Assembly: GCF_036507355.1 (NCBI RefSeq)
Contig: NZ_AP027877.1
From: Escherichia coli
GTDB lineage: Bacteria > Pseudomonadota > Gammaproteobacteria > Enterobacterales > Enterobacteriaceae
Length of the DNA stretch: 64,000 bases
Strand: one strand, 5' to 3'
The translations under genes were made by a program, and so were the position numbers. The notes under the pieces are model-generated. The model saw only the letters and a program-made list of their open reading frames with translations. It did not search any database and was not told the origin of the DNA. Below are positions 32,342 to 45,311 of the stretch, piece after piece. The first letter of the stretch is position 1. Every line of letters starts with the position of its first letter.

Positions 32342-33417
32342 GCGACCTCCCCGGCGGCAATCGCCAACGCCCGCTGCCAGCCTTGTAGATAGTTAGGGCT
32401 AAAGAAGGCAATGGTGTTTTTATCCACCGACGCCAACTGGCGCTGCGCTTCACGCACAATATCCTCGTTGAGATCGTCGGTAGTAAACAGCACCGGCAAA
32501 TGCTGTTCCGTCATATCCTGCCAGAACGGATTTTCCCGGTTAAGCACACAAGGAATGCCCGCCTGAATCAGTAAGCACAGCGTACCAATGCCCTGCTGGC
32601 GGGCAAAAATAAAGTAACCGAGATCGCACTGACGAAGTAGCGCCAGATAGGCGTCAAATTCCAGTTTTTCGCTCAGAACTTGCAGATTTTCTTCGCTGAA
32701 TAACTCCAGCCCCGCCTGACGAACTTCCTCAATGTACGCTTCGTTATTAGTCGGATATCCCATCGGCACCACCACTTTTACCGTATCGCCAAATTGCTGA
32801 TGAACGGCACGTAAGGCGGCGACATGCTCATTGCTGCGGTCGCCGGAGTTCCCCACCAGAATGGTCATTTTCCCTTCACGTTGCCGATCGTTCGCCATCG
32901 TATTGAGAGAAGGGTCCATCCGCGTCGGGAAGTACAGCAGTTCGCCCCGCACCTTTGGATGCGTTTTGGCAAAAAAGCTCAAATCACCGCGGGTGGCAAA
33001 TACACAGCCGACTCGCTTTTGCGCCAGGCGACGTAGCGGGTAAAAAAGCTTATATCTCAAGCCACTGGAAAGCTCATACAGATCTGCCCCCCAGATATGC
33101 CAGAAAAACTGGCGGGACTTAATGCCACCACTCAGCAAAGCCAGCCACAGTTTGGGATTGAACTGACCGTGGAGGAAAAAACGCTGCTGACGGTTAGCTT
33201 TTGCTTTCGCGATGACCGCTTCCGCCAGCGATTTTTTCCCAGGGAAAAATTGCACAGAAAGCGCCGGACAGCTATCACTTAAGCCGTCGTCCTTGCCAAC
33301 AACCATAAACTCGCGCGCGTGCTCGCTCGTCGCGGCCAGCACGTCATTGAAAAACCGCAAAACGGTTCGGTTATGGTGAGGGATATCCGATCCCAGTACG
33401 TGAATCAGTACAGTCAT
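32338..33417 (-). CDS. wecF: TDP-Fuc4NAc:lipid II Fuc4NAc transferase WecF
   Basis: 359-aa ORF, overlapping stop/start with neighbours. Confidence 0.9.
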   Translation of the reverse strand: MTVLIHVLGSDIPHHNRTVLRFFNDVLAATSEHAREFMVVGKDDGLSDSCPALSVQFFPGKKSLAEAVIAKAKANRQQRFFLHGQFNPKLWLALLSGGIKSRQFFWHIWGADLYELSSGLRYKLFYPLRRLAQKRVGCVFATRGDLSFFAKTHPKVRGELLYFPTRMDPSLNTMANDRQREGKMTILVGNSGDRSNEHVAALRAVHQQFGDTVKVVVPMGYPTNNEAYIEEVRQAGLELFSEENLQVLSEKLEFDAYLALLRQCDLGYFIFARQQGIGTLCLLIQAGIPCVLNRENPFWQDMTEQHLPVLFTTDDLNEDIVREAQRQLASVDKNTIAFFSPNYLQGWQRALAIAAGEVA

Positions 33418-34664
33418 GCCCGCCTACGCCAGAGTAAAAACACGCCACAACAAAGAGAAAAATAGACGATATAGGTTGCCATATAGGCCTGCGCCGCGCC
33501 CAGTGCACCATGCGCAGGGATTAGCCAGTGGGCAAATACCATCAATAAAGTGAACTGGCTGACTTCCGCCAGAATATAAAACCGCAATGACGCTTTGGCG
33601 ATCACCAGATAACCAAAGACATAAGCGCCCACTTTTAACACATCCCCCACTAACTGCCAGGCAAAGAGATCGCGCATAGCGGTAAATTTATTCGACAACA
33701 GCAGCCAGATAGCAAAATCACGCAGCAACCAGACGGTAAAACTCGCCGCCGCCACTGCCGGTAAGACGAATTTCAGCGATTTAACCACTTCCCGGGTGAT
33801 ATCGCGCTTTTCCGTTAGCCGCGACAACGTGGGCAGCAAATATACGCTGAACGATGCCGTAATAAATTGCAGGTAGGCATCGGAAATACTGCTCACCCCT
33901 TGCCAGATCCCCACTTCATCCCAGCTATACTGCGCCGCCAGCAGTTTACGCATCATGATGTAAGCAACAGGCAAGGTCACCGACGTAATCAACGCCATGA
34001 GCGTAAATTTGCTCAACTGCCCTGCCAGACCGTTATCCCAGCTGGGTTTCAGATAGCTTAACGGGATGACACCACGCTTGATCAACATGATGGCGGCAGG
34101 GATTACCACCAGCGCGGGAATCAGCGCCAGACCCAGCAACGCCCCTTCATAACCGCCCAAACGGTAACTGACGTAGTACGCGAGAACGCCAATCAAGCTG
34201 CCGACAATCAGCGATAACGCATTACCTGCGGCATCGCGAAAGCCTTTCATCAGCGCCAGTAACAGGTTGCCCCAGGCGATCCCCATTTGCACCAGCGCCA
34301 CTAAACGCACCAGCCCCTGATAGTCGGTATTACCAAACAATCCCTGGCTGATTGGCGCAGCTGCCAGCACAAAAACCAGCGCCATCAGCGTAGAGAAGCC
34401 AAGTACCATCGCTGATGAAGTGCCGACCACGCGGCGCAGCTGTTGGGGATTATCATGGTACTGGGCAACGTATTTGGTTACACCGTTAAAGATGCCAGCC
34501 CCGGCAAGCACGCCGAGCACGGTAATCAACTGGCGGAAATTTGCCGCCAGCCCAAGCCCCGCCGGACCAAATGACACCGCCAGCAACTTACCGACCAGTA
34601 ACCCGGCACCAATCTTGACCAGTGTACTGGCCGCCGTCCACAAGGACGCTTTTGCCAACGACAT
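33414..34664 (-). CDS. wzxE: ECA lipid III flippase WzxE
   Basis: 416-aa polytopic ORF. Confidence 0.9.
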   Translation of the reverse strand: MSLAKASLWTAASTLVKIGAGLLVGKLLAVSFGPAGLGLAANFRQLITVLGVLAGAGIFNGVTKYVAQYHDNPQQLRRVVGTSSAMVLGFSTLMALVFVLAAAPISQGLFGNTDYQGLVRLVALVQMGIAWGNLLLALMKGFRDAAGNALSLIVGSLIGVLAYYVSYRLGGYEGALLGLALIPALVVIPAAIMLIKRGVIPLSYLKPSWDNGLAGQLSKFTLMALITSVTLPVAYIMMRKLLAAQYSWDEVGIWQGVSSISDAYLQFITASFSVYLLPTLSRLTEKRDITREVVKSLKFVLPAVAAASFTVWLLRDFAIWLLLSNKFTAMRDLFAWQLVGDVLKVGAYVFGYLVIAKASLRFYILAEVSQFTLLMVFAHWLIPAHGALGAAQAYMATYIVYFSLCCGVFLLWRRRA

Positions 34665-34665
34665 A

Positions 34666-35796
34666 TCAGGAGAAGTAGTTCAACAAAGTCGCAATTACCG
34701 TACGCTGATTGACGGGCGACAGGTTGTAGAACAGCGGCAGGCGCAGCAGGCGCTCGCTCTCTTTGGTGGTGTAGCGATCTTCACCGTGGAACTCACCAAA
34801 GCGTTCCCCCGCAGGGCAACCGTGCAGCGGAATGTAATGAAACACCGCCATGATTTCCGCTTCTTTCAGAAAGTTAATCAACGCGCTCCGGTCATCAATA
34901 TCCCGCAGTTTAATGTAAAACATATGCGCGTTCTGCAAGCAGCCATCGGGAATCGACGGCAGCTCGATACGCCCGGCTTTCGCCAGAGGTGCTAACGCAT
35001 CGTAGTAGTTTTGCCACAGCGCCAGACGTTGCTGGTTGATACGATCCGCTGCTTCCAGTTGCGCCCACAGGTACGCAGCTTGCAGATCGGACATCAAATA
35101 GCTGGAGCCGATATCGCGCCAGGTATATTTATCGACCTGACCACGGAAGAACTGGCTGCGGTTAGTGCCCTTTTCACGGATGATCTCGGCTCGTTCGATT
35201 AACGCTTTATCGTTAATCAGCGTCGCGCCGCCTTCACCACCCGCCGTGTAGTTTTTGGTTTCATGGAAGCTAAAGCAGCCAATATGACCAATGGTTCCCA
35301 GTGCACGCCCTTTGTAAGTGGACATCACGCCCTGAGCGGCATCTTCTACCACAAACAGATTATGCTTTTTCGCCAACGCCATAATGGTCTCCATTTCGCA
35401 GGCCACACCCGCGTAATGGACCGGCACGATAACGCGCGTTTTGTCGGTGATCGCCGCTTCAATCAGCGTTTCGTCGATGTTCATGGTGTCCGGGCGAACA
35501 TCCACAAAGACGATTTTCGCGCCACGCAGCACAAAGGCATTGGCGGTGGAGACAAAGGTGTAGCTCGGCATGATCACTTCATCGCCAGGCTGGATATCGA
35601 GCAGCAGCGCCGCCATCTCCAGCGAAGCGGTGCAGGACGGCGTCAGTAACACTTTGGCGCTGCCAAAACGTTGCTCCAGCCACTGCTGGCAGCGACGGGT
35701 AAAACCGCCATCGCCACACAGTTTGCCGCTACCCATTGCCGACTGCATATAGTCGAGTTCGGTTCCCACCACCGGCGGTGCGTTAAATGGAATCAT
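34666..35796 (-). CDS. wecE: dTDP-4-oxo-6-deoxy-D-glucose transaminase WecE (RffA)
   Basis: 376-aa DegT/aminotransferase-like ORF. Confidence 0.9.
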   Translation of the reverse strand: MIPFNAPPVVGTELDYMQSAMGSGKLCGDGGFTRRCQQWLEQRFGSAKVLLTPSCTASLEMAALLLDIQPGDEVIMPSYTFVSTANAFVLRGAKIVFVDVRPDTMNIDETLIEAAITDKTRVIVPVHYAGVACEMETIMALAKKHNLFVVEDAAQGVMSTYKGRALGTIGHIGCFSFHETKNYTAGGEGGATLINDKALIERAEIIREKGTNRSQFFRGQVDKYTWRDIGSSYLMSDLQAAYLWAQLEAADRINQQRLALWQNYYDALAPLAKAGRIELPSIPDGCLQNAHMFYIKLRDIDDRSALINFLKEAEIMAVFHYIPLHGCPAGERFGEFHGEDRYTTKESERLLRLPLFYNLSPVNQRTVIATLLNYFS

Positions 35797-35800
35797 GTGA

Positions 35801-36475
35801 TCACCTGTATAACCAGTACGCGGTGCTTTCTACATTCGCACCACTTTGTATGTATCGTTTAAGCGCGGCGGTGTTGCCCATTTGGGTCGCCACCCGCAAA
35901 GTTGTTTTACCGCGAGCATACGCCCAGTTTAGCGCCGTTTGCATCAGCTCAGCACCTGCACCGCGTCCAGCCAGCAGGCCAATTCGCGCATCTGTCGCAT
36001 TGAGTTCCCGTAAAGAGACATAACCGCGAATATCGCCGGACGCCGCACGTAAAATCAGACATTGATGATCAAAGGTGCCGCGCACGGCATTTTCAATCCA
36101 CTGTGCATAAAAGCGACTGCTGGCGTCAGGCGCATACCACGGCGCACGAAAACGGCTTTGCGCAAATGCGGCGCTGGCTAACTGACGTAATGCGGGAATA
36201 TCGGTCTCTTGTGCCACTACAGCACCGCTATCACTGACATTGTTCACGGGTAGCGCCAAATCAATTTCACCTTCTACCAGGGAGAATCCCAGCTGTTGCA
36301 GGGCATCCAGTTCACCCGTATTTGATGCCGCAATTTTGGCCTGCACCCGTGACCACGGCGCTAACGCGTCTGGCGTCAGGAGCGGTGCTTCAGACGTAAT
36401 GCGCACGATGGCGCTGTTAACACCAAAGAAGGCGTTTTCCCAGGTTAGTGGCTCAATACTGGCGCGGACGGGCAC
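35801..36475 (-). CDS. wecD: dTDP-fucosamine acetyltransferase WecD (RffC)
   Basis: 224-aa ORF; 5' end overlaps rffH so true start may be internal. Confidence 0.85.
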   Translation of the reverse strand: MPVRASIEPLTWENAFFGVNSAIVRITSEAPLLTPDALAPWSRVQAKIAASNTGELDALQQLGFSLVEGEIDLALPVNNVSDSGAVVAQETDIPALRQLASAAFAQSRFRAPWYAPDASSRFYAQWIENAVRGTFDHQCLILRAASGDIRGYVSLRELNATDARIGLLAGRGAGAELMQTALNWAYARGKTTLRVATQMGNTAALKRYIQSGANVESTAYWLYR

Positions 36476-37334
36476 GAAGTAACTCCAGCAGATATTGGCC
36501 GTAGCCAGTTTTCGCTAATGAACTGGCAGCACGCTTCACACCCTCGTCATCGAGCCAGCCGTTACGCCAGGCGATCTCTTCCAGGCAGGCAATCTTAAAG
36601 CCCTGGCGTTTTTCCACCGTCTGTACAAAGGTGCTGGCTTCAATCAGGCTGTCGTGAGTGCCAGTGTCCAGCCAGGCAAATCCGCGCCCGAGCAGTTCAA
36701 CGGTCAGGTTGCCCGCCTCGAGGTACATCTGGTTGATGGAGGTAATCTCCAGTTCACCACGCTCCGACGGCTTCACCTGCTTTGCGTACTCCACGACTTT
36801 ACTGTCGTAGAAATAAAGCCCGGTCACCGCCCAGTTTGACTTCGGCTGTTTTGGCTTTTCTTCCAGCGAGATAGCGCGGAAATTGTCGTCAAACTCCACC
36901 ACGCCAAAGCGTTCCGGGTCCATCACCTGATAGCCAAAAACCGTCGCCCCTTCCGTGCGCGCCGCAACATGACGCAGCTTCGGACTGAAGCCCTGACCGA
37001 AGAAGATGTTATCGCCCAGCACCAGACAAGAAGGTTCACCATTAAGGAAGGTTTCACCGATGATAAAGGCCTGCGCCAGACCGTCCGGGCTGGGCTGTTC
37101 GGCATATTCCAGCTGGATACCGAACTCACTACCATCGCCCAGCAGGCGCTGGAAATAACCTTTATCTTCCGGCGTAGTGATGATGAGAATTTCGCGGATA
37201 CCGGCCAGCATCAGCACCGACAGCGGATAGTAAATCATTGGCTTATCGTAAATCGGCAATAGTTGCTTCGATACGCCGCGCGTAATCGGATGCAATCGGG
37301 TACCGGAACCGCCCGCCAGGATAATACCTTTCAT
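36453..37334 (-). CDS. rffH: glucose-1-phosphate thymidylyltransferase RffH
   Basis: 293-aa ORF with N-terminal GGSGTRL motif. Confidence 0.9.
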   Translation of the reverse strand: MKGIILAGGSGTRLHPITRGVSKQLLPIYDKPMIYYPLSVLMLAGIREILIITTPEDKGYFQRLLGDGSEFGIQLEYAEQPSPDGLAQAFIIGETFLNGEPSCLVLGDNIFFGQGFSPKLRHVAARTEGATVFGYQVMDPERFGVVEFDDNFRAISLEEKPKQPKSNWAVTGLYFYDSKVVEYAKQVKPSERGELEITSINQMYLEAGNLTVELLGRGFAWLDTGTHDSLIEASTFVQTVEKRQGFKIACLEEIAWRNGWLDDEGVKRAASSLAKTGYGQYLLELLRARPRQY

Positions 37335-37352
37335 GTTTGCCTCCGCTGAAAA

Positions 37353-38420
37353 TTAGCCTTTCAGACCTAAACGCTCGCCCTGATAGCTGCCGTCCTGCAC
37401 CTGCTTCCACCAGCTTTCATTAGCCAGATACCACTGCACCGTTTTACGCATTCCACTTTCAAAGGTTTCCTGCGGCAGCCAGCCAAGTTCATGGGCAATT
37501 TTCGAAGCATCAATGGCATAACGCAGATCATGCCCCGGACGGTCAGCGACAAAGGTGATCAGGTCATGATAGTGCGCCACGCCGTGCGGCTTGTTCGGAG
37601 CCAGTTCTTCCAGCAGCTCGCAAATAGTTTCCACAACATCGAGATTCTTACGCTCGTTGTGACCACCAATATTATAGGTTTCACCGACTTTCCCGGTGGT
37701 CGCCACGCAATACAGCGCGCGGGCATGATCTTCCACATACAGCCAGTCACGGATTTGCTGCCCGTTGCCATATACCGGCAGCGATTTACCCGCCAGCGCG
37801 TTGAGGATCATCAGCGGGATCAGTTTTTCCGGAAAGTGGTAAGGGCCGTAGTTATTCGAGCAGTTGGTGATAAGCGTCGGCAGACCATAGGTCCGCAGCC
37901 AGGCGCGCACCAGATGGTCGCTGCTGGCTTTTGACGCGGAATAAGGGCTGCTCGGCGCATACGGCGTGGTTTCGGTGAAGAAATCATCCGTCGAGTGCAG
38001 GTCACCATATACTTCGTCAGTGGAGATATGATGAAAACGGAACGCTGATTTTTTATCTTCCGTTAGCGCATTCCAGTAAGCCCGCGCCGCTTCAAGCAAT
38101 GTATAAGTCCCGACAATGTTGGTTTCAATAAACGCTGCCGGGCCGTCAATAGAACGGTCAACATGGCTTTCGGCTGCCAGATGCATGACACAGTCTGGCT
38201 GATGCTCAGTGAATACGCGTGCCAGTTCTGCCCGATCGCAGATATCAACTTTCTCAAAGGCAAAGCGCTCGCTTTGCGCGACCGGTGCCAGCGACATCAG
38301 GTTTCCGGCGTAGGTCAGTTTATCGACCACTACCACCGCGTCGCTCGTTTCGTTGATGATATAACGCACCAGCGCCGAGCCAATAAACCCGGCACCACCT
38401 GTTATCAGAATTTTTCTCAT
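37353..38420 (-). CDS. rffG: dTDP-glucose 4,6-dehydratase RffG
   Basis: 355-aa ORF with Rossmann GGAGFIGS motif. Confidence 0.9.
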   Translation of the reverse strand: MRKILITGGAGFIGSALVRYIINETSDAVVVVDKLTYAGNLMSLAPVAQSERFAFEKVDICDRAELARVFTEHQPDCVMHLAAESHVDRSIDGPAAFIETNIVGTYTLLEAARAYWNALTEDKKSAFRFHHISTDEVYGDLHSTDDFFTETTPYAPSSPYSASKASSDHLVRAWLRTYGLPTLITNCSNNYGPYHFPEKLIPLMILNALAGKSLPVYGNGQQIRDWLYVEDHARALYCVATTGKVGETYNIGGHNERKNLDVVETICELLEELAPNKPHGVAHYHDLITFVADRPGHDLRYAIDASKIAHELGWLPQETFESGMRKTVQWYLANESWWKQVQDGSYQGERLGLKG

Positions 38421-39682
38421 CAGCGCCAGACTCCTTTGGCATCGACGACATACTGCTGATGGACATTGTCGCCATTGATAACTTTGAACTGACTATGATC
38501 GACCAGCATCACCAGCACGTCTGCCGTTGCCAGCGCCTCGTCAAGCTGCGCCAGAGTACAAAGCCCGGTCAGTTTTTTCGGCAACTGGTGGATGTTAGGC
38601 TCAACAACCAGAGTTTCGCCGCTATGCCACTGGGCGATCAGTTCAGCGATTTCCATCGCCGGGCTTTCGCGCAGGTCATCAATATTCGGTTTAAACGCCA
38701 GACCAAAGCAGGCGATTTTCAGTTCACTGGCGCGTTTATCGGTAGCCGCCAGGCAATCAGCCACCGCCGCTTTCACCTGATCGATAACCCAGAACGGTTT
38801 GTGATCGTTCACTTCGCGCGCGGTACGGATAAGCCGCGCCTGCTGGGGGTTCTGTGCCACGATAAACCACGGATCAACAGCAATGCAGTGACCGCCCACG
38901 CCAGGGCCAGGCTGAAGAATATTAACGCGAGGGTGACGATTCGCCAGGCGAATCAGTTCCCAGACGTTAATCCCCTGATCGGCACAAATCAGCGACAATT
39001 CATTAGCAAAAGCGATATTCACATCGCGGAAGCTGTTTTCGGTGAGCTTACACATTTCCGCCGTCCGCGAGTTAGTGACGACACACTCACCTTCGAGGAA
39101 AATTTTGTACAGTTCGCTGGCGCGGGCCGAACAAACCGGCGTCATACCACCAATCACGCGATCGTTTTTAATCAGCTCGACCATAACCTGGCCCGGTAAC
39201 ACGCGTTCCGGGCAGTAAGCAATGTTGACGTCCGCCTGCTCGCCCACCTGCTGTGGGAAAGTGAGATCCGGACGCATCTCTGCTAACCATTCTGCCATCT
39301 TCTCGGTTGACCCCACCGGCGAGGTGGATTCAAGGATCACCAGCGCGCCTTTTTTCAGCACTGGCGCAATGGAGCGAGCAGCCGATTCAACGTAGGTCAT
39401 ATCTGGCTCATGATCGCCTTTAAACGGCGTGGGTACAGCAATCAGCCAGGCATCCGCTTCAACTGGCGTCGTGCTCGCTCGTAAAAAACCGCCTTCTACG
39501 GCAGTTTTTACTACGCTCGCCAAATCAGGCTCGACGATATGGATTTCGCCACGATTGATGGTATCAACCGCGTGTTGGTTGATATCGACACCAATCACCT
39601 GTTTTTGCCGTGAGGCAAACGCTGCTGCTGTAGGCAGCCCGATGTAACCCAGTCCGATAACAGAAATGGTCGCAAAACTCAT
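38420..39682 (-). CDS. wecC: UDP-N-acetyl-D-mannosamine dehydrogenase WecC
   Basis: 420-aa ORF with N-terminal GLGYIGLP dinucleotide-binding motif. Confidence 0.9.
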   Translation of the reverse strand: MSFATISVIGLGYIGLPTAAAFASRQKQVIGVDINQHAVDTINRGEIHIVEPDLASVVKTAVEGGFLRASTTPVEADAWLIAVPTPFKGDHEPDMTYVESAARSIAPVLKKGALVILESTSPVGSTEKMAEWLAEMRPDLTFPQQVGEQADVNIAYCPERVLPGQVMVELIKNDRVIGGMTPVCSARASELYKIFLEGECVVTNSRTAEMCKLTENSFRDVNIAFANELSLICADQGINVWELIRLANRHPRVNILQPGPGVGGHCIAVDPWFIVAQNPQQARLIRTAREVNDHKPFWVIDQVKAAVADCLAATDKRASELKIACFGLAFKPNIDDLRESPAMEIAELIAQWHSGETLVVEPNIHQLPKKLTGLCTLAQLDEALATADVLVMLVDHSQFKVINGDNVHQQYVVDAKGVWR

Positions 39683-40809
39683 AGTGATATCCGATTATTT
39701 TTTAACGCTTCCAGAATGCGAGAGCATGCCTGACCATCACCATACGGGTTATGGGCGCGGCTCATAGTTTGATATTCGTTTTCGTCTTTTAAAAGACGTG
39801 TCACTTCCTCGACAATTCGCTGCTTATCCGTGCCTACCAGACGCACCGTACCCGCCGTCACCGCTTCCGGACGCTCAGTGGTATCGCGCATCACCAGCAC
39901 CGGTTTCCCCAGCGAAGGCGCTTCTTCCTGAATGCCGCCTGAGTCGGTCAAAATCAGCCAGGCGTGGTTCATCAGCCAGACAAACGGTAAATACTCCTGG
40001 GGATCGATCAGAATGACATTTTTCACATGCCCCAGAATGCGATTGACCGGCTCTCTGACGTTCGGGTTGAGATGCACCGGATAGACAATCTGGATATCCT
40101 GGTGCGTGGTGGCGATGTCTGCCAGCGCGTGGCAGATTTCTTCAAAGCCACGACCGAAACTCTCACGCCTATGACCGGTCACCAGAATTATCTTTTTATC
40201 GGGGTCGATAAACGGGTAATTTGCCGCCAGTTCTGAACGCAGCGTGTCGCTGCTCATCACCTGGTCACGCACCCATAACAATGCATCAATGACTGTATTA
40301 CCGGTAATGAAGATTCGGCTATCCGCAACGTTTTCACGCAGCAAGTTTTGCCGGGAAGTTTCGGTTGGAGAGAAATGATACATCGCCAGATGCCCGGTCA
40401 ATGTACGGTTAGCCTCTTCCGGCCACGGCGAATAGAGATCGCCCGTGCGTAAACCAGCCTCAACGTGACCAACAGGAATACGCTGATAAAACGCCGCCAG
40501 GCTGGTTGCCAGCGTCGTCGTTGTGTCGCCGTGAACCAGCACGACGTCTGGTTTGAACTCGGCAAGAATAGGTTTTAGCCCTTCCAGAATCCGACAGGTT
40601 ATCTCTGTCAGGCCCTGTCCTGGCTGCATTATGTTGAGATCGTAGTCAGGTACAATGGAAAAGAGTTTCAGCACCTGATCGAGCATCTCCCGATGCTGCG
40701 CAGTGACGCAAACTTTAGCCTCAAAAAAAGGATCTTTTGCCAACGCATGCACCAACGGAGCCATCTTGATGGCTTCCGGGCGCGTACCAAATACAGTCAG
40801 TACTTTCAC
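39679..40809 (-). CDS. wecB: UDP-N-acetylglucosamine 2-epimerase WecB
   Basis: ORF 39679..40851; native start (GTG) at [20 protein letters not shown] gives 376 aa. Confidence 0.9.
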   Translation of the reverse strand: MKVLTVFGTRPEAIKMAPLVHALAKDPFFEAKVCVTAQHREMLDQVLKLFSIVPDYDLNIMQPGQGLTEITCRILEGLKPILAEFKPDVVLVHGDTTTTLATSLAAFYQRIPVGHVEAGLRTGDLYSPWPEEANRTLTGHLAMYHFSPTETSRQNLLRENVADSRIFITGNTVIDALLWVRDQVMSSDTLRSELAANYPFIDPDKKIILVTGHRRESFGRGFEEICHALADIATTHQDIQIVYPVHLNPNVREPVNRILGHVKNVILIDPQEYLPFVWLMNHAWLILTDSGGIQEEAPSLGKPVLVMRDTTERPEAVTAGTVRLVGTDKQRIVEEVTRLLKDENEYQTMSRAHNPYGDGQACSRILEALKNNRISL

Positions 40810-40864
40810 ATCGATTCTCTTCGAATAAGCGGCGAGCGCCTTTGCGCTCACCGCAGCAGTGTAG

Positions 40865-41911
40865 CTATTTCGAGCAACGGCGGGTTAATGCGACACCAGC
40901 CCCGATCAGCCCCCCGACAATGCCCCACATAATCATCAGGAAGGCACGACGTGGGCTATCGCGTTTTACCGGTTCTTCCGGCGTACGCAAATAGCGATAG
41001 GTCTGAAAACGCGGATCCAGGGTTGGACCAACATTCAGGGTGTTTAACATGGCCCGATTCTGATCATAGTCGAGATCAAAGGCCGGACCGACGGCCTGTA
41101 AATTTTCCAGTCGAGCCTGGAGCATTGGACGCCCAAGCAGGAACATTTCTGAATCAGGTAATTCCTCGGCAGGCACATCTGTCGCACTGCGCGAAATATT
41201 ATGCTGCTCAGCAATTTTCAGCGCCTGCTCAATGCTGTTCATCCGGCGGTCGTAGATGGCTTTCGCCACCTCTTCCTGACGCTTCACCTGAGCTTTCATC
41301 TGGATGGTGCGTGCCGCCCATGCGCCTTTCAGCTCATCATTCAGATGGCTGGCTGCACGCTGGCTGGCAAAAGCAACATACTGACGTAACAGGTTATTAG
41401 CGTCAGGCGCGGTTTCGGCAATAAGCTTCACGCTGTCATTGACCGCGCGGGTAAAGTCTCCGGGGATAAACTGGATGTTATTAATCATTTCATCCAGCAA
41501 CGCCGCATCGGCTTTGCTGTTGCCCACCATCCGCTGCTTGTAATAGTCGGTTTGCAGCCAGAACTCTCTGCGGGTATCCCACGAGGCCAGTTGCATAACA
41601 AACTCTTTATAGGCTTCGTCCATGACCGATGGTTGGTCGGCAGAAGCCATGTTTGAACGGACATCCAGGTTACGCAAAAATTGCTGCTGCGAGTAATATC
41701 CCCCCAGCATATTCACCGTTGGACGATCGGTAATCGCCGTCGAGCTCCACTCCTGACGAGCAAAAAACGTATACGCCAGCGCGATTAACGCAAACGCCAG
41801 CCCCATGCCAATAATCCATAGCTTCCCAGCCCACAAGGTACGAAACAACCCACGAATATCCAGTTCATTTTCAGCGTCTTCGGCCGGTTTCCCAGGCATT
41901 GGTTGTGTCAT
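40865..41911 (-). CDS. wzzE: ECA chain-length determinant WzzE
   Basis: ORF 40865..41914, 348 aa from second Met; N- and C-terminal TM segments. Confidence 0.9.
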   Translation of the reverse strand: MTQPMPGKPAEDAENELDIRGLFRTLWAGKLWIIGMGLAFALIALAYTFFARQEWSSTAITDRPTVNMLGGYYSQQQFLRNLDVRSNMASADQPSVMDEAYKEFVMQLASWDTRREFWLQTDYYKQRMVGNSKADAALLDEMINNIQFIPGDFTRAVNDSVKLIAETAPDANNLLRQYVAFASQRAASHLNDELKGAWAARTIQMKAQVKRQEEVAKAIYDRRMNSIEQALKIAEQHNISRSATDVPAEELPDSEMFLLGRPMLQARLENLQAVGPAFDLDYDQNRAMLNTLNVGPTLDPRFQTYRYLRTPEEPVKRDSPRRAFLMIMWGIVGGLIGAGVALTRRCSK

Positions 41912-41922
41912 CACATCCTCAT

Positions 41923-43026
41923 TTATTTGGTTAAATTGGGGCTGCCACCACGATTTCTACGCAGTCTGCGTTTTACGCGCTTAATAAAGCGAGCAACTTT
42001 CCAGGCACGCTTAATGCAATATCCATAGAGGAAGAATGCTAGCAAAAAGAGCACCAGCATGACCCACTCCGGGACAAAATGAGAATATTCTGCCAGCACG
42101 CCAATGGAAGCGAGCAGTGCTGCGGCAAGGGTAATCAGCACAAACGCCTGGCGGGAAGTAAACCCGGCACGCATGATCAAATGGTGAATATGCTGACGGT
42201 CAGGAGAGAATGGGCTCATGCCTTTACGCAGGCGACGGTACATAATCGCCACCATATCCATTAGCGGAATGGCGATTATCCACAAAGCGGTAACCGGGCT
42301 GATGGGATGGGTTTTGCCCTGGGTCGTTTCGAGCAGGATCCAGATCACGGTAAAACCAATCAGCGTACTGCCCGCATCACCCATAAAGACTTTGTAGCGG
42401 CGACCCAGGATACCAAGGTTAAGCATGATATATGGCAGGATGGCGGCGATCATCGCAAAGCACCAGATTGCGAGGCTGGTTTGCCCGTCGAACCACAAAA
42501 TCATACCGATTGCTGCAAACGAGACGCAGGACAACCCGCCCAGCAAGCCATCAATGCCATCAACCATGTTGAACGCATTAATGGCCGCCCAGACGGCAAA
42601 TAGCGTCAGGAAGTAACCAAACGGTCCGAGCACCATCTCCCAGGAGCCAAAGATATAACCCAGGCTACTGAGATAAAGGTTGCCAAACACCATCATAACA
42701 ATGCCAACAGCGGCCTGTATGGTGGCACGGATTTTTACGCTGATATCAAAACGGTCATCTAGCGCGCCAATGAAAACAAGCACACCGGCACAAGCGAGAT
42801 AGAGAGATGCATGCGGAATATAGTAATCGACAATTCCGAACGTGAAGCAAATCCCTGCGTAAACCGAAATACCCCCAACGAGTGGTATCAACCCCTGGTG
42901 ACGTTTGCGGAAGTTTGGTTTATCCACTAAACCGACTTTTTTTGCCACCTTACGGGCAAAAAACAGAAACAGTGTCGTGAATAAAAAAATACTGATGAGA
43001 TCAGTACTCACTGTCAGTAAATTCAC
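41923..43026 (-). CDS. wecA: UDP-GlcNAc:undecaprenyl-phosphate GlcNAc-1-phosphate transferase WecA (Rfe)
   Basis: 367-aa polytopic ORF, first gene of the ECA cluster. Confidence 0.9.
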   Translation of the reverse strand: MNLLTVSTDLISIFLFTTLFLFFARKVAKKVGLVDKPNFRKRHQGLIPLVGGISVYAGICFTFGIVDYYIPHASLYLACAGVLVFIGALDDRFDISVKIRATIQAAVGIVMMVFGNLYLSSLGYIFGSWEMVLGPFGYFLTLFAVWAAINAFNMVDGIDGLLGGLSCVSFAAIGMILWFDGQTSLAIWCFAMIAAILPYIMLNLGILGRRYKVFMGDAGSTLIGFTVIWILLETTQGKTHPISPVTALWIIAIPLMDMVAIMYRRLRKGMSPFSPDRQHIHHLIMRAGFTSRQAFVLITLAAALLASIGVLAEYSHFVPEWVMLVLFLLAFFLYGYCIKRAWKVARFIKRVKRRLRRNRGGSPNLTK

Positions 43027-43211
43027 AATGCATGCTCTCAGAGAAAATTATTAGCAGAAGTATAACCACGAAGACCTTTATTCAGAAGGGAAAGTCCGTT
43101 CCGAACCCACCAGCCCTGTGCAAAAATTAACCATTTGATATGCAAATTGCATAACATGCCAGCAAATTCCAGGAATTTTCCTAACATCGCCAGCGCGGCA
43201 TTAAGATTACA

Positions 43212-43250
43212 GATATAAAAGCAAAACGCCACGTAAACACGTGGCGTTTT
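43212..43250 (-). terminator. rho-independent terminator downstream of rho
   Basis: minus strand ACGCCACGT-GTTT-ACGTGGCGT hairpin followed by TTTGCTTTT. Confidence 0.6.
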
Positions 43251-43265
43251 TGGCATAAGACAAAT

Positions 43266-44525
43266 TTATGAGCGTTTCATCATTTCGAAGAAATCGTCAT
43301 TGGTCTTGGTCATTGCCAGTTTATTAATGAGGAATTCCATTGCATCGATTTCGCCCATCGGGTGAATGATTTTGCGCAGGATCCACATTTTCTGCAGTTC
43401 TTCCTGAGTCGTGAGCAGCTCTTCTTTACGGGTACCGGAACGGTTGTAGTCGATAGCCGGGAAGACGCGTTTTTCAGCGATCTTACGAGAGAGGTGCAGT
43501 TCCATGTTGCCTGTACCTTTAAACTCTTCGTAGATAACTTCGTCCATTTTAGAACCGGTATCGATAAGCGCCGTCGCGATAATGGTCAGGCTGCCGCCCT
43601 CTTCCACGTTACGCGCCGCACCAAAGAAGCGTTTCGGACGATGAAGGGCATTGGCGTCCACACCACCGGTCAACACTTTACCTGACGCCGGAACAACGGT
43701 GTTGTAAGCGCGCGCCAGACGAGTGATGGAGTCGAGCAGAATGATAACGTCTTTCTTGTGCTCAACCAGGCGTTTCGCCTTCTCGATCACCATTTCCGCA
43801 ACCTGAACGTGGCGAGATGCGGGTTCGTCAAAGGTAGAAGCAACAACTTCACCTTTTACCAGTCGCTGCATCTCGGTTACTTCTTCCGGACGTTCGTCGA
43901 TCAGCAGAACCATCAGCACACAATCCGGGTGGTTGTAAGCAATGCTCTGAGCAATGTTCTGCAGCAGCATGGTTTTACCGGCTTTCGGCGGTGCCACAAT
44001 CAGACCACGCTGACCACGACCGATAGGTGATGCCAGATCCAGTACGCGAGCGGTTAAATCTTCAGTAGAACCGTTACCACGTTCCATACGCAGACGAGAG
44101 TTTGCGTGCAGCGGGGTTAAGTTCTCAAAGAGGATTTTGTTGCGGGCGTTTTCAGGTTTGTCGAAGTTAACTTCGTTAACTTTCAGCAGCGCAAAATAGC
44201 GTTCACCTTCTTTCGGCGGGCGAATCTTACCAGAGATGGTATCACCAGTGCGGAGGTTGAAACGGCGGATTTGGCTAGGGGAAACGTAGATGTCATCAGG
44301 ACCGGCGAGGTAGGAGCTGTCTGCGGAACGGAGGAAACCAAATCCATCCTGCAATATCTCCAGTACGCCATCACCAAAGATATCTTCGCCACTCTTTGCG
44401 TGCTGCTTCAGGATGGCAAAAATAATGTCCTGCTTACGCATACGAGCCAGGTTTTCCAGCCCCATATTTTCGCCGAGAGTGATCAGCTCAGAAACCGGCG
44501 TATTCTTTAATTCGGTAAGATTCAT
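43266..44525 (-). CDS. rho: transcription termination factor Rho
   Basis: ORF 43266..44597; native start [15 protein letters not shown] gives 419 aa; Walker A GKT present. Confidence 0.95.
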
Positions 44526-44609
44526 AGTGGTGTGAGTTCTTAAACTTGGGGTAAATCTCGAACTTAATGTTGTGAATGGTATGGCAGGATCATCCATGCC
44601 TGTTTACGG

Positions 44610-44711
44610 TCATCGACTCATGTCTTTTCGCTGCCTGGTCACAGGAGAGTACGCAGAACTGAAACGACAAGACGGATTGAGTGACGAGCCAGAAATCTGT
44701 TCACTTCGCAT
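44610..44711 (-). CDS. rhoL: rho operon leader peptide RhoL
   Basis: minus strand encodes MRSEQISGSSLNPSCRFSSAYSPVTRQRKDMSR, read directly from the DNA upstream of rho. Confidence 0.7.
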   Translation of the reverse strand: MRSEQISGSSLNPSCRFSSAYSPVTRQRKDMSR

Positions 44712-44851
44712 TTAAGATAAAACGGGAAGCGTTGGAAATTACAAGATTCAAACTTAATAAGGTATGTTTAATACGAAGTCAACACTAAGTTAGCATGACT
44801 CACGCCGGGCGTCCAGTTTTTAGCGACGGGGCACCCGAACATGAAATTCCC

Positions 44852-45181
44852 TTACGCCAGGTTAGCGTCGAGGAACTCTTTCAACTGACCTTTAGACAGT
44901 GCGCCCACTTTGGTTGCCGCCACTTCACCGTTTTTGAACAGCAGCAGAGTCGGGATACCACGGATGCCATATTTCGGCGCAGTGCCAGGGTTTTGATCGA
45001 TGTTCAGTTTTGCAACGGTCAGTTTGCCCTGATATTCGTCAGCGATTTCATCCAGAATCGGGGCGATCATTTTGCACGGACCGCACCACTCTGCCCAGAA
45101 ATCGACGAGGATCGCCCCGTCCGCTTTGAGTACATCCGTGTCAAAACTGTCGTCAGTCAGGTGAATAATTTTATCGCTCAT
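44852..45181 (-). CDS. trxA: thioredoxin 1
   Basis: ORF 44852..45286; native start [16 protein letters not shown]; active site WCGPC; 109 aa. Confidence 0.95.
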
Positions 45182-45311
45182 ATATAACTCCACAGGAATA
45201 AGCCTGGCGTGTTGGTTTCGTTGTTGGTGTAACATTAACCAACTAAAGGTTGACTTTATTTCACCGGATACGCTTTCGTAAAGCAATAGTAAGCTGATAT
45301 TCTACCACACT